The notes under the pieces: model-generated | Database searches by the model: none | What the model was told of the DNA's origin: nothing | Seen by the model: the letters and a program-made list of their open reading frames with translations, nothing else | In this document: in pieces, positions 51,279-61,521 of the stretch | Position numbering within the stretch: position 1 is the stretch's first letter | Layout: each line of letters begins with the position of its first letter | Assembly (NCBI GenBank): GCA_048939995.1 | Contig: JBHLOY010000001.1 | Span: 64,001-128,000, forward strand | DNA length: 64,000 nucleotides | Source of the DNA: Promethearchaeota archaeon | GTDB taxonomy: Archaea; Asgardarchaeota; Lokiarchaeia; Sigyniarchaeales; SOKP01 | Reading direction: 5' to 3' | Position numbers and translations under genes: made by a program

Positions 51279-52241
51279 TTATTCTTGATTATAATTAAGG
51301 GCAAGAATTATTGTTGAAAAATTTCTTTTGAATCCTACTTTAGAATATAATTTATGTGCAGGAACATTTTCCAGTGCCACATCTAAATTTATATATTTAT
51401 AACCTTCTTGTTTTACCTTTTCTAAGCAGTAGAGTAATAGTTTTTTTCCTAAACCTTTCTTGCGATAATCTGGAAGTAACCCAAAAGAATTAATTTGTAC
51501 ACCATTTTTGAAGGGGCGTAATATTAAGAATCCAATAATTTTTTCGTTTCCAAATAATATTGAAGAATTGTTAATCATAATTTTTTCTATGTTAAACCAT
51601 TCAGTTGCTACAGTATTTTTTAATTCATTATTTAAATCTAAATACATTACATCTTGGCTATTTTCATATATTTTTTGAGACACAGTAATTAATTCATCAA
51701 TATCTACATATTTTATAGTTTTAATTTCGATCTTTTCAGAAAACGATAATGGTTCAACTTTAATTGTATCTAAATCTAAACTCATTGAGACTTCTTCCAT
51801 TACTTTATAAAAACCTGATGCTTCATACCATCTAATGTATCCTTGATACCTTTTCTTATCTTTATCATGCTCCATTGGAAAACATATTTCAAATCGGATA
51901 ATATCGTTTTCCTCACCATATTTAATAGCTTCGTCTATTAATTTTTGCGCAATCTTATCTTCATGAATATTAGGTAAAACTGTAGGTTGCCATTCCCAGA
52001 TGATACCAAATTTTGGATAACTAGTACATAATAAAAGCAGGCCCATTAGTTCGTCATTAGAATATGCATAAAATATGATGAATCTATAAGAATTTCTAAG
52101 TTCATCTAGGTCTCTTCTGATTACCTCAATGGTTATAGATTCATTGATTTCACGTCGATCATAATATACTTTGAAAATAAATTTAGATAGTGTTTCAATA
52201 TCCACTTTTTCATCCAAAAGTTCGAATTTGATATCTAACAT
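51279..52241 (-). CDS. Tandem GNAT acetyltransferase
   Basis: C-terminal YRKKGLG..LDV..EN.PA..LY..VGF; degenerate N-terminal GNAT. Confidence 0.85.
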   Translation of the reverse strand: MLDIKFELLDEKVDIETLSKFIFKVYYDRREINESITIEVIRRDLDELRNSYRFIIFYAYSNDELMGLLLLCTSYPKFGIIWEWQPTVLPNIHEDKIAQKLIDEAIKYGEENDIIRFEICFPMEHDKDKKRYQGYIRWYEASGFYKVMEEVSMSLDLDTIKVEPLSFSEKIEIKTIKYVDIDELITVSQKIYENSQDVMYLDLNNELKNTVATEWFNIEKIMINNSSILFGNEKIIGFLILRPFKNGVQINSFGLLPDYRKKGLGKKLLLYCLEKVKQEGYKYINLDVALENVPAHKLYSKVGFKRNFSTIILALNYNQE

Positions 52242-52390
52242 TGCTTTATTATGATAATAATATGAGATTTAGTATTTAATCTATTAAATCATCCTGATAA
52301 TAAAAAAAGTAAAGAAATAAAGCAAATTAAAATTAAAGAAAAAGTAAAAAAGTAAGAATAGTAAAAACAATATAATAAAAGAAAATTTAT

Positions 52391-53404
52391 GTGAAAGTTA
52401 TGGTTGAGTTTGAAATATGGAAACTTTATAAAAGCATGCTATATAGTCGCTTTTTTGAGAATGCTGTGAAAGATTTATGGGAAAAGGGAAAGATTTCCGG
52501 TGAAATGCATCTTGGAACAGGAGAAGAAGCTATTATAGCATGCGTAGTTTCACATTTAGAAAAGGGGGATGCTATAGCAGTTGACCATCGCGGAACAGCA
52601 GCATTTATAATACGAGGAGTTGATCCAGTTTTGTTATTATTAGAATTTTTAGGTCATCCTAAAGGGCTCTGCGCTGGGCAAGGAGGCCACATGCATCTCT
52701 TTTCAAAAGAACATTTGATCGCATCATCAGGTATTGTGGGGGCATCAGGTCCAGCAGCTACAGGATTTGCTTTAGCTTTAAAATACAAAAAGCAAAGAAA
52801 TATCGCTGTTGCATTCTTTGGAGAAGGTGCAATGAATCAAGGTATGATGCTTGAGTCAATGAACTTAGCTTCTGTTTGGAATTTACCTGTCCTCTTCGTC
52901 TGTAAAGATAACAATTGGGCAGTTACTACAATTACAAATGAAGTTACAGGAGGTAATTTAATAGATAGAGCAAAGGGTTTTGGCATTGAAGGATATGAAG
53001 TTGACGGGAAAGATTTAGAAGCAGTTTGGAAAGTAGCAAACGAAACAATCTCCAAAATACGTAATGATGATGGACCTAAGTTTATTCATGCACATTGTGT
53101 ACACACAGAAGGTCATTTTCTTGGGGATCCACTACTCAGATATTATCGAAATCCTAATCTGTTAACAGAAGTTGCTGATTCTCTTAAAGAGTATGCTGGG
53201 AAAAATTTAGATGAGATTCTTTTATTGTTACGGAAAATAGGGGGTCAAACTAAGAAAAAACTAGATCCTATAGCTGATGTTCAGAAAAAGTTGAAGAACG
53301 AACAAGATCGCCTTAGACAAATAGAACAAGAAGTAACAAAGGAAGTTGAGCAGTCAATTAATAGAGCATTAGAAATTTTTGAAGGAGGGATGAAAAATGG
53401 TTAA
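52391..53404 (+). CDS. TPP-dependent 2-oxoacid/acetoin dehydrogenase E1 alpha
   Basis: HLGTGEE, HRG, GGHMH, GIVG, GEGA..NLA..W.LP..NN, GHF..D. Confidence 0.9.
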   Translation: MKVMVEFEIWKLYKSMLYSRFFENAVKDLWEKGKISGEMHLGTGEEAIIACVVSHLEKGDAIAVDHRGTAAFIIRGVDPVLLLLEFLGHPKGLCAGQGGHMHLFSKEHLIASSGIVGASGPAATGFALALKYKKQRNIAVAFFGEGAMNQGMMLESMNLASVWNLPVLFVCKDNNWAVTTITNEVTGGNLIDRAKGFGIEGYEVDGKDLEAVWKVANETISKIRNDDGPKFIHAHCVHTEGHFLGDPLLRYYRNPNLLTEVADSLKEYAGKNLDEILLLLRKIGGQTKKKLDPIADVQKKLKNEQDRLRQIEQEVTKEVEQSINRALEIFEGGMKNG

Positions 53405-54410
53405 AATGGGATTCGCACAAGCAATAGAAAGTGTAATTGCTAAAGCTATGGAAGAAGATGAAAATATTATTATTATGGGAGAAGATGCTCATGGATTACG
53501 ATTAAATCTTTTTGTTCGATTTGGAAAAGAAAGAGTGAGGTCTGCACCTATAAGTGAGAGTGCGTTTGTGGGTGCTGCAGTCACAGCTGCAATGGCAGGA
53601 CTACGTCCCATTGTAGAAATTATGTTAGTGGATTTCGTTGGTGTAACAATGGATGCCATCCTTAATCATGCAGCAAAAATAGCATTTTTTTCGGGAAATA
53701 AATGGAATGTTCCAATAGTTATAAGAACTGCTTGTGGTGGTGGCTATGGTGATGCTGGACAACATGAACAGAGTTTATGGGGTTGGCTAGCACACATACC
53801 TGGGCTGAATATTGTCATCCCATCCAACCCTGCAGATGCAGGAGGCTTGATGCTCTCTTCCATATATGAAAATAACCCAGTAATTTATTTTGAACATAAA
53901 TTGCTTGCAGACTACTGGTTAGACTCTATGGGAAGCGGTGGTAGAACCACAGTTTCTTATGATGTTCCAGAAAAAGGACTAGAAGGAGAAATACCTGATA
54001 AATGGGAACCAATCCCTTTAGGTAAACTGAATCGAATGAAGGAAGGAAGTGATATCACCCTAGTTAGCGTTGGAGTTGGGGTTCACCGTGCTTTAGAAGC
54101 AGCTAATAAATTAGAAGAGAAAGGTATTTCTGCTGAGGTTTTAGACTTAAGGTGTGTGGTTCCATTAGATGTAGAAGGATTGAAGAATTCCGTAGAAAAA
54201 ACTGGAGTACTTTTAATAATTGATGAAGACTACAAAAACTTCGGACTTTCTGGAGAAATCTGTGCGATGCTTCTAGAAAGCGACATCTCATTTAAATTCG
54301 GTCGTGTTTGTACTGAAACTACCATCCCCTATTCAAGAGATTTAGAAGACCAAGTACTACCGAATACAAAAAGGATTATGAATGAATCACTTAAAATTTT
54401 AAAGAGGTAA
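53397..54410 (+). CDS. 2-oxoacid/acetoin dehydrogenase E1 beta
   Basis: GED, PISE, GLRP.VE, QHEQS, HIPG, FEHK, DLR..PLD; overlaps the alpha gene. Confidence 0.9.
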   Translation: MVKMGFAQAIESVIAKAMEEDENIIIMGEDAHGLRLNLFVRFGKERVRSAPISESAFVGAAVTAAMAGLRPIVEIMLVDFVGVTMDAILNHAAKIAFFSGNKWNVPIVIRTACGGGYGDAGQHEQSLWGWLAHIPGLNIVIPSNPADAGGLMLSSIYENNPVIYFEHKLLADYWLDSMGSGGRTTVSYDVPEKGLEGEIPDKWEPIPLGKLNRMKEGSDITLVSVGVGVHRALEAANKLEEKGISAEVLDLRCVVPLDVEGLKNSVEKTGVLLIIDEDYKNFGLSGEICAMLLESDISFKFGRVCTETTIPYSRDLEDQVLPNTKRIMNESLKILKR

Positions 54411-54436
54411 AGACTAGAGATTTCTTCATCCGTTTA

Positions 54437-55576
54437 TTAAAATATATCTTTTCCACAAACTGGACAAAATTTATGCCCTTTAGATAATTTATACCCACAA
54501 TACTGACAAATAAGCTCTTTTTTAGGTTCTTTTTCCTTAATGATTACTCTTTGAGCTTGAGGTGCAGGCTTTATATCATCAGGCGGTTCGGGTGGTTTGT
54601 ACACATAGGGATATGGAAATCGATCATCTCTATCATCGGGTGGTGGAGGAGGCTTGTAACCATACAAAGAACCTAATAAATCATCGTCTCTATCATCCTT
54701 ATCAAATTCATCCATAATTTTTTTCGCTTTTTCAACCATTTCTTTTTCTGCAGGGTTTAACCTTACATTATTAGGTACTTCTACCTTTGGGGGGTATATA
54801 AATGACACATTGAGATGTTTTTCAATAAGCTCTTTTATTCCTCTAAAGTCTCTTATATTTCCATGAAACTCTTCAATTAGCTTCCCATAGTATTTATAAA
54901 TATCGTAAACTAATAACTCGACACCATGAATAAAATCTTTTGAGGGTGATTTTTTCATGATTAAAATGAGGCGAATATTTACAAATTCAGTCATTATTAT
55001 TATTGAATCTTTATAAGGGATTTGTATCGTTTTAGACTCTCTATCAGCAGAGATTTCTGAACCAAAAGCACGAACGGCTTGTAGAAAACCCGATATTAAA
55101 GTGGGGTCTAGCTCTTTTTCCTCAAAGGATTGGGAATGTAAATCGATTCCGGTTTTTGAATGCAGTACGATTATATATTTTAAATTCATAACATCATTAT
55201 ATTGTTCTATAAATGTTTGTAGCTTGTCTCTTTTACGAGATTCCCTCTTCTTAAACACTACATAACTCGAGTAACCTATAGCCACACCGCCAATAATAAT
55301 ACTTCCAATTATTATAAGTAACGTGAAATCTGGTGGTGTTATGGTAACGTTATTTGCGATGTTCCACTCTGTAGAGACCAAACCCAAATTAAATGCTTGC
55401 GCACTTAATTCTGTACACTTCATATTGGATGATTCTTTAATGGCAAACTTGTTTTGAATGGTTAAAGGTATCCCATTAGGCTGAGTTTTCAATAATATAA
55501 TATTATTTGTAAAAATCATAAAGAAGAGTAATAAACCAATGATAAACAAACCTGTTTTTTTCAAGTCTTGAGCCAT
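54437..55576 (-). CDS. Membrane protein with cytoplasmic longin-like domain, Pro-rich duplication and zinc ribbon
   Basis: Signal plus TM; IIVLHSKTGIDL..DPTLISGFLQAV.AFG.E; YKPPPPP/YKPPEPP; CQYCG..CPVCG. Confidence 0.7.
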   Translation of the reverse strand: MAQDLKKTGLFIIGLLLFFMIFTNNIILLKTQPNGIPLTIQNKFAIKESSNMKCTELSAQAFNLGLVSTEWNIANNVTITPPDFTLLIIIGSIIIGGVAIGYSSYVVFKKRESRKRDKLQTFIEQYNDVMNLKYIIVLHSKTGIDLHSQSFEEKELDPTLISGFLQAVRAFGSEISADRESKTIQIPYKDSIIIMTEFVNIRLILIMKKSPSKDFIHGVELLVYDIYKYYGKLIEEFHGNIRDFRGIKELIEKHLNVSFIYPPKVEVPNNVRLNPAEKEMVEKAKKIMDEFDKDDRDDDLLGSLYGYKPPPPPDDRDDRFPYPYVYKPPEPPDDIKPAPQAQRVIIKEKEPKKELICQYCGYKLSKGHKFCPVCGKDIF

Positions 55577-55770
55577 TTTACTACCATATCTTAAATATTA
55601 TGTCATTGCATTCGAACTCAAGTAATAATAAGGATAAAATGTTATATAACTCTATTTTTTAGAATAGTCTGTATTTTAAAGTAGTAGAAATCACTCTTAT
55701 TCTATAAATATATACCAAAATAAACGAACTCAGGATTAATTTAATAAAAAATAAAAAATAATAATTTCAG

Positions 55771-57753
55771 TTAAGCTGTTTTTACATCCATCTTTTTGCG
55801 TTCTTCTATAAGCTGTTCTACGATTTCTGGATTAGCTAAAGTCGTGACATTTCCAACATCTCCACCTGTCGCAATTGCCTTCAGAATTCGCCGCATTATC
55901 TTGCCACTCCTTGTTTTCGGTAACTCGTCCGCAAATTGTACTACATCTGGTTGAAATACCGGACCAATCTCTTTCCTAACATGCATTCTAATGTCCTTAG
56001 ATAACTTTGCAGACTTTTCAGCTCCTTGGATTAGCGTTACGAATGCCCAAATCGCCTGTCCTTTTATCTCATGTGGAAATGGTGCAACTGCGGCTTCAGC
56101 GACTTTAGGATGGCTTACGATCGCTGATTCAACTTCCATTGTCCCAATTCTATGCCCGGATACTTTTATGACATCATCAAGTCGACCAAGAATCCAATAA
56201 TAGCCATCTTCATCTCGCCGAGCTCCATCCCCTGTATAATAATACCCGGGATACTTATTGAGATAGGTGGATTTAAAACGTTCCGTATCACCCCATACGT
56301 CTCTTAGCATACCTGGCCAAGGTTTAGCTATCGCAAAGTATCCACCTTCATTTGGTTCAGTGATTTCTTCTCCTTCAAGATCAAATATCACAGGTTTTAT
56401 CCCGAGAAAGGGTAGGCAGCAAGAACCTGGTTTTGTTGGAGTCGCAGTAGCGATGGGAGTCATGATAAAGCCTCCTGTCTCTGTCTGCCAATAAGTATCT
56501 ACTATTGGCGCTCTCTCTTTGCCAACCACCCGATGATACCAAGTCCAAGCCTCGGGATTGATTGGCTCGCCAACGGTTCCTAAGACTTTCAGTGAATCTA
56601 AATTATGCTTTTTAACTGGATCATCTCCGTATCTCATTAATGCTCTAATTGCCGTCGGGGCGGTATAGAAATGAGTTACCTTATGACGTTCTACAATATC
56701 CCAGAATCGATCTACTTCGGGGAACGTAGGAACTCCTTCGAACATAAGAGATGTTGCTCCATTAGCTAATGGTCCGTAAACGATGTATGAATGCCCAGTA
56801 ATCCAGCCAATATCTGCAGTACAATACCAAACATCTCCGTCTTGATAATTGAAAACCACTTTATGGGTATAGGAGGTATATAGGATGTATCCTGCGGTAG
56901 TGTGTTTAACACCTTTTGGTTTACCGGTGGTTCCGCTCGTATAGAGAATAAAGAGAGTGTCTTCAGAATCCATATGTTCTGGTTCACAATCTTCACTCAT
57001 ATCTTTGATGAAGTCTGAATACCAAATATCTTTACTGGTATGAGATACTTCATTTCCAGTTCGTTTAACAACAATAACATGCTCAATGGTGGGTACATCA
57101 TCAATAATTTGGACTACATCACTCATTTTAGGATAGAATTTACCTGCTCTAACGGTTTCATCACTAGTAAACAAAAGTCTTGAATTAGAGTCATCGATTC
57201 TATCCTTTACAGCTTCTTTAGAGAATCCACCAAAAACAATTGAATGAATGACGCCAATTCTTGCGCAGGCTAACATTATAATGGCTAATTCAGGGATCAT
57301 TGGGAGCCAAATTGTGACCCTATCACCTTTCTTTAGACCATTTTTTTTCATAGCATTTGCGACTTTATTAACTTCCTTTAATAATTCATTGTAAGTGTAT
57401 TTCTTGACTTCTCCTGGAGCATCAGCCTCCCAAATTAGCGCAACTTTATCACCATTCCCATTTTTTACGTGTCTATCTAAGCAATTATATGCCACATTAA
57501 GTTTTCCCCCAACAAACCACTTTCCTGGGAATAAGTCTGTCTCTTCCCATACTTTTTCATAAGGTTTAAACCAATCGAGTGATTTAGCTTGTTCAGCCCA
57601 AAAATCTTCCATGTTTTCAATAGATTTGTTGTATAACTCTTGATATTCCTTAAATGACATTCCAGTTTCAGCAAATTTCGAGTTTAACTTAACAGGATCG
57701 AAAACACGAGTTTCAATAAGTATACTTTCCATCTTTTTATCTTCTTCTGACAT
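55771..57753 (-). CDS. acs: AMP-forming acetyl-CoA synthetase
   Basis: YTSGTTGKPKG, ADIGWITGH, GEPINP, DTYWQTETG, GRLDD, LPKTRSGKIMRR. Confidence 0.97.
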   Translation of the reverse strand: MSEEDKKMESILIETRVFDPVKLNSKFAETGMSFKEYQELYNKSIENMEDFWAEQAKSLDWFKPYEKVWEETDLFPGKWFVGGKLNVAYNCLDRHVKNGNGDKVALIWEADAPGEVKKYTYNELLKEVNKVANAMKKNGLKKGDRVTIWLPMIPELAIIMLACARIGVIHSIVFGGFSKEAVKDRIDDSNSRLLFTSDETVRAGKFYPKMSDVVQIIDDVPTIEHVIVVKRTGNEVSHTSKDIWYSDFIKDMSEDCEPEHMDSEDTLFILYTSGTTGKPKGVKHTTAGYILYTSYTHKVVFNYQDGDVWYCTADIGWITGHSYIVYGPLANGATSLMFEGVPTFPEVDRFWDIVERHKVTHFYTAPTAIRALMRYGDDPVKKHNLDSLKVLGTVGEPINPEAWTWYHRVVGKERAPIVDTYWQTETGGFIMTPIATATPTKPGSCCLPFLGIKPVIFDLEGEEITEPNEGGYFAIAKPWPGMLRDVWGDTERFKSTYLNKYPGYYYTGDGARRDEDGYYWILGRLDDVIKVSGHRIGTMEVESAIVSHPKVAEAAVAPFPHEIKGQAIWAFVTLIQGAEKSAKLSKDIRMHVRKEIGPVFQPDVVQFADELPKTRSGKIMRRILKAIATGGDVGNVTTLANPEIVEQLIEERKKMDVKTA

Positions 57754-57839
57754 AAAATTTCACAATTTTGAATTTCTATTTTTTTACATGATTTACAAGT
57801 TTTTTTAATTTTAAAAATGAATTAAAGCTTTTTGTTCGA

Positions 57840-57866
57840 TCTTATAACACTTAAGACGTTATAAGA
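57840..57866. promoter_or_regulatory. 9-bp perfect inverted repeat between divergent acs and CoA-transferase-GNAT genes
   Basis: TCTTATAAC-N9-GTTATAAGA. Confidence 0.55.
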
Positions 57867-58028
57867 CCATCAAAAAAGGAAATTCTAAATAATTTTTAAA
57901 CATTTTATTTATAAATAATATATAAATTAGTTTGTTGAGAATTCAAAAAAAGTTAAATGAATACAGAAATAAATAATAGAAATATAGAACTCTTTAGTAA
58001 CAATTAGGATTGATATTTTTTATTTAAA

Positions 58029-59939
58029 ATGGAAAAAAAAGATTTATTAGATAAAGATTGGCGAAATAAATGGAAGAATAAGGAAATTACGGTAGTAGAG
58101 GCAATCAAAAAAATTATACCTGGAAATCGTGTCTTTATCGATACAGCATGTTCTGAGCCCCAAGCTCTAACCAATCAATTGATAAAATCTTCTGAGAGTT
58201 TATTAGATACGGAACTTATTCATTTTTTAACAATATTTCCCGAGAAGTACTTTAAGGATAAAGCAGAAGATTTATTTAGACATAATGCTTTTTTTATCGG
58301 AAAAACATTAAGAGAAGAGATTAATAAAGGACAAGCAGATTATACACCAATTTTTGCCAATGAAATTCCTTCTCTATTCGTAACTGGAAGAAAAAATTGT
58401 GATGTAGCACTCATTCAAGTTACTCCCCCTGACAGAAACGGTTTCTGTTCTTTTGGTACAAATGTAGATGTTGCTAAACCGATTGCTAAATCAGCTTATA
58501 TTACAATCGCAGAGATTAATCCCCAGATGCCCAGGACCTTAGGAAATAGTTTTATCCACATGAAGGAAATAGATTTTTATGTATATAATGATACTCCATT
58601 ATTGGAATTTCATTTTAAGGAGAAAAATCCAGAAGTAATGGATCGTATTGGGAGAAATGTCGCTGATTTAATTGAAAACAAGTCAACAATACATATTGGT
58701 AATGGCTATTTACCTAATGCTTGTTTGAAATATTTGATGAATAAAAAAGATCTTGGAATGCATAGCCATTATATCACAGATAACATAATACCCTTAATTA
58801 AAAATACCGTTTTAACCTCAAGAAAAAAGAACTTTCATCCTGAGAAGATTGTCACTAGCTTTGCATTAGGTACCAAGAAATTATTTGATTTCATCGATAA
58901 CAATCCATATATTGAGTTTTATCCATCAGATTATGTATGCAACCCCAAATATATTGGCATGAATAAAAAAATGGTGTCAATAAATCAAGCCTTACAAATA
59001 GATTTGACTGGACAGGTCAATGCCTCTACTAAAGGATATGATTTTTATTCTGGAATAGGAGATACTGTTGATTTCATGCGCGGTGCGGCATTTTCTAAAG
59101 GAGGAAAACCGATAATTATATTACCTTCAACAACAAAGAATGGAGAACAATCTACAATAGTAGCTCATTTGGATGAAGGAGCAGGAGTTATGTTATCTCG
59201 AGCTGATATCCATTATGTAGTAACTGAATGGGGTCTAGCGTATTTACATGGTAAAACCATAAGAGAACGAGTTCTTGAATTAATTTGTATTGCCCATCCT
59301 AAATTTCGTGAACAATTATTGGAACATGCTAAGAAACTAAACTATGTCTATTCCGACCAAATTTTACCTTGTGATGAAGATGGTAAAATTTGTCGATATC
59401 CAATTGAGTATGAAACCTCATTCACAACTCGAGACAATATAAAAGTAAAGATAAGACCTGTAAAGCCTACAGACGAGCCTTTATTGAAAGAGTTGTATTA
59501 CTCGCTTAATGAAAGGGATAGATACTTAAGATTTTTTGAAATTAGAAAAGAATTTACTCATTCAAGAACACAGAATGAAGTTAACATTGATTATAATAAA
59601 ATTTTTTCTATAGGGGCATTTGTAGGAGATATTGGAAAAGAGGAGATGGTAGGAAATGCGGCTTATTATTTGAATCCTAATAATAATATGGCAGAATATA
59701 GTTTTTTGGTAAGAGAGAACTATCGAGGAAAAGGTATTGGTTCTTATTTATACCATGCTTTAATAATCATTGCTAAAGAAAAGGGAATAAAAGGTTTTTT
59801 TGGAAATATACATGTCCAGAATAAAAAGACAATTCAAATTATAGGGACCGGTGGTTATACAAAAATAACTCCACCCGAGGAAGGAGAAAAAGAATTATTT
59901 TATGAAGTCTTTTTTGATAAAGAAAATTCAATGGAATAG
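58029..59939 (+). CDS. Acetyl-CoA hydrolase/transferase-like domain (degenerate active site) fused to a GNAT
   Basis: ADYTP, DVALIQV.PPD..G.CS.G, DLTGQV, DF..GA..S.GGK, VVTEWG.A.L.GK; C-terminal IRPVKPTD..RYLRFF..YRGKGIG. Confidence 0.9.
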   Translation: MEKKDLLDKDWRNKWKNKEITVVEAIKKIIPGNRVFIDTACSEPQALTNQLIKSSESLLDTELIHFLTIFPEKYFKDKAEDLFRHNAFFIGKTLREEINKGQADYTPIFANEIPSLFVTGRKNCDVALIQVTPPDRNGFCSFGTNVDVAKPIAKSAYITIAEINPQMPRTLGNSFIHMKEIDFYVYNDTPLLEFHFKEKNPEVMDRIGRNVADLIENKSTIHIGNGYLPNACLKYLMNKKDLGMHSHYITDNIIPLIKNTVLTSRKKNFHPEKIVTSFALGTKKLFDFIDNNPYIEFYPSDYVCNPKYIGMNKKMVSINQALQIDLTGQVNASTKGYDFYSGIGDTVDFMRGAAFSKGGKPIIILPSTTKNGEQSTIVAHLDEGAGVMLSRADIHYVVTEWGLAYLHGKTIRERVLELICIAHPKFREQLLEHAKKLNYVYSDQILPCDEDGKICRYPIEYETSFTTRDNIKVKIRPVKPTDEPLLKELYYSLNERDRYLRFFEIRKEFTHSRTQNEVNIDYNKIFSIGAFVGDIGKEEMVGNAAYYLNPNNNMAEYSFLVRENYRGKGIGSYLYHALIIIAKEKGIKGFFGNIHVQNKKTIQIIGTGGYTKITPPEEGEKELFYEVFFDKENSME

Positions 59940-59988
59940 ATAATCACAATTTTTATCTTTCTTTTTAAATTTTTATACTTGAAAATAC

Positions 59989-60801
59989 ATGAGATTTAGG
60001 TATACTGATTATCATATTCATTCTCGTAATTGGAGTACAGATGTTAGTGAAGATGGACCAATTTTTGCAGACTATATTAAGATTGCGGAAGAAGAGCGCA
60101 TAAATATTTGCTTTTTGGAACATTTTGAACTTTATTATGTTGAAAATGATAAAAAAAATCCCTTTTATAATGGCAGAATTAATGATTACTTAGAGGAGAT
60201 AGATATTCTCAAAGAATCCTATGATTTTATACTTGGAGGCCTTGAAATTGAGTATTATAAAGATAAAGAGATCGAATTAATGGAATTTATGGATGACTAT
60301 GGTAAAGAATTAGATTTCATTGGAGGTTCAATTCATGAATGGATTATTGATTATCCTATAACAAATAGGGATAGATTAGAAGATTTGACTAAAAAATTAA
60401 CTATAAAACAAATTATTGATGACTATTTCGAAGTCTTTAAAGACATGATTAATTCTAAAATCTTTAAAAATGTGTGTCACATAGATACAATATTTCGCTA
60501 TATTAATGAGAATGATATAAAGCCTACAGAAGATTGTGATACATCAGATGAGAGAATTTTAGAATTAGGGCGTTCATGTATTAATAATAAGATTCAAATT
60601 GAATATAATCTGTCAGGTGAAAGATTTTCTCTAGGGCGAACCTTTCCTTCGAGAAATATAGTAATGAATCTCTTAAAAGAAGGAGCATCATTTTTTGTTG
60701 GTTCAGATTCTCATTCAATAAAACATTTCAAAGATCAAATCCCAAATGTTATAAAAGCATATGATTTAATTAAGTCATTTCAGAGATTAAAAGGATTTTA
60801 G
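59989..60801 (+). CDS. PHP-family phosphatase (histidinol-phosphatase HisK/HisJ-like)
   Basis: DYHIH, EH, GLE, GSIH, HID, EYN, GSDSH. Confidence 0.85.
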   Translation: MRFRYTDYHIHSRNWSTDVSEDGPIFADYIKIAEEERINICFLEHFELYYVENDKKNPFYNGRINDYLEEIDILKESYDFILGGLEIEYYKDKEIELMEFMDDYGKELDFIGGSIHEWIIDYPITNRDRLEDLTKKLTIKQIIDDYFEVFKDMINSKIFKNVCHIDTIFRYINENDIKPTEDCDTSDERILELGRSCINNKIQIEYNLSGERFSLGRTFPSRNIVMNLLKEGASFFVGSDSHSIKHFKDQIPNVIKAYDLIKSFQRLKGF

Positions 60802-60807
60802 CATATA

Positions 60808-61521
60808 ATGGAGTCAAAAGAGTTTTTAAATCGATTAAATCAATGGGATAAAAGGTTTATTTTAAGATATAATGGAATAGGAGGAAAAGGATTTACATAT
60901 ACCTTAAAACTTATATCTTTTACTGGACGAGAAACTATTTGGTTAATCTTAATGGTGTATTACCTATTTATTTGGTATGATCCCTATGTATTGGCTCATA
61001 TAAGCATAACTTTTTTAATTGGGCTCATTATTATTACTCCCATAAAAAGAATATTTAATCGATCTCGACCATTTGAGCAATTAGAAAGTATCAAAATTCT
61101 GGAGAGGAAGCCCACCTCAAGAAGTTTTCCATCTTGGCATGCTTATAACGTTACATCGCAAGGATTGTTAATTGGTTATCTGTTGAATTCATTATTTATA
61201 ATGATCCTGTTTCTTTTATTTGCTGTAATCGTTGGGTTCTCAAGAATTCAACTAGGCGCTCATTATCCTAGTGATGTTATTTTTGGATATGTTATAGGAT
61301 TAATCGGGTTTATGATATCAGTATTTCTGTTTTCACCATTATTTTTTGAATTAATTAAGCTTCTAGAGATGATTATACCATTTGAAATACAATATTTTAG
61401 AATTAATCCTTGGTTATTTGAACATATTTGGTATATTATTTTGTGTATAGGAATGTTTTGTTTAATATTTGTTATCTCTAGTTATAAAATTTTAAAAAAT
61501 TTCTTTAAAAATAGGGCTTAA
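60808..61521 (+). CDS. PAP2 membrane phosphatase
   Basis: K......RP, SFPSWH, SRIQLGAHYPSDV. Confidence 0.9.
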   Translation: MESKEFLNRLNQWDKRFILRYNGIGGKGFTYTLKLISFTGRETIWLILMVYYLFIWYDPYVLAHISITFLIGLIIITPIKRIFNRSRPFEQLESIKILERKPTSRSFPSWHAYNVTSQGLLIGYLLNSLFIMILFLLFAVIVGFSRIQLGAHYPSDVIFGYVIGLIGFMISVFLFSPLFFELIKLLEMIIPFEIQYFRINPWLFEHIWYIILCIGMFCLIFVISSYKILKNFFKNRA

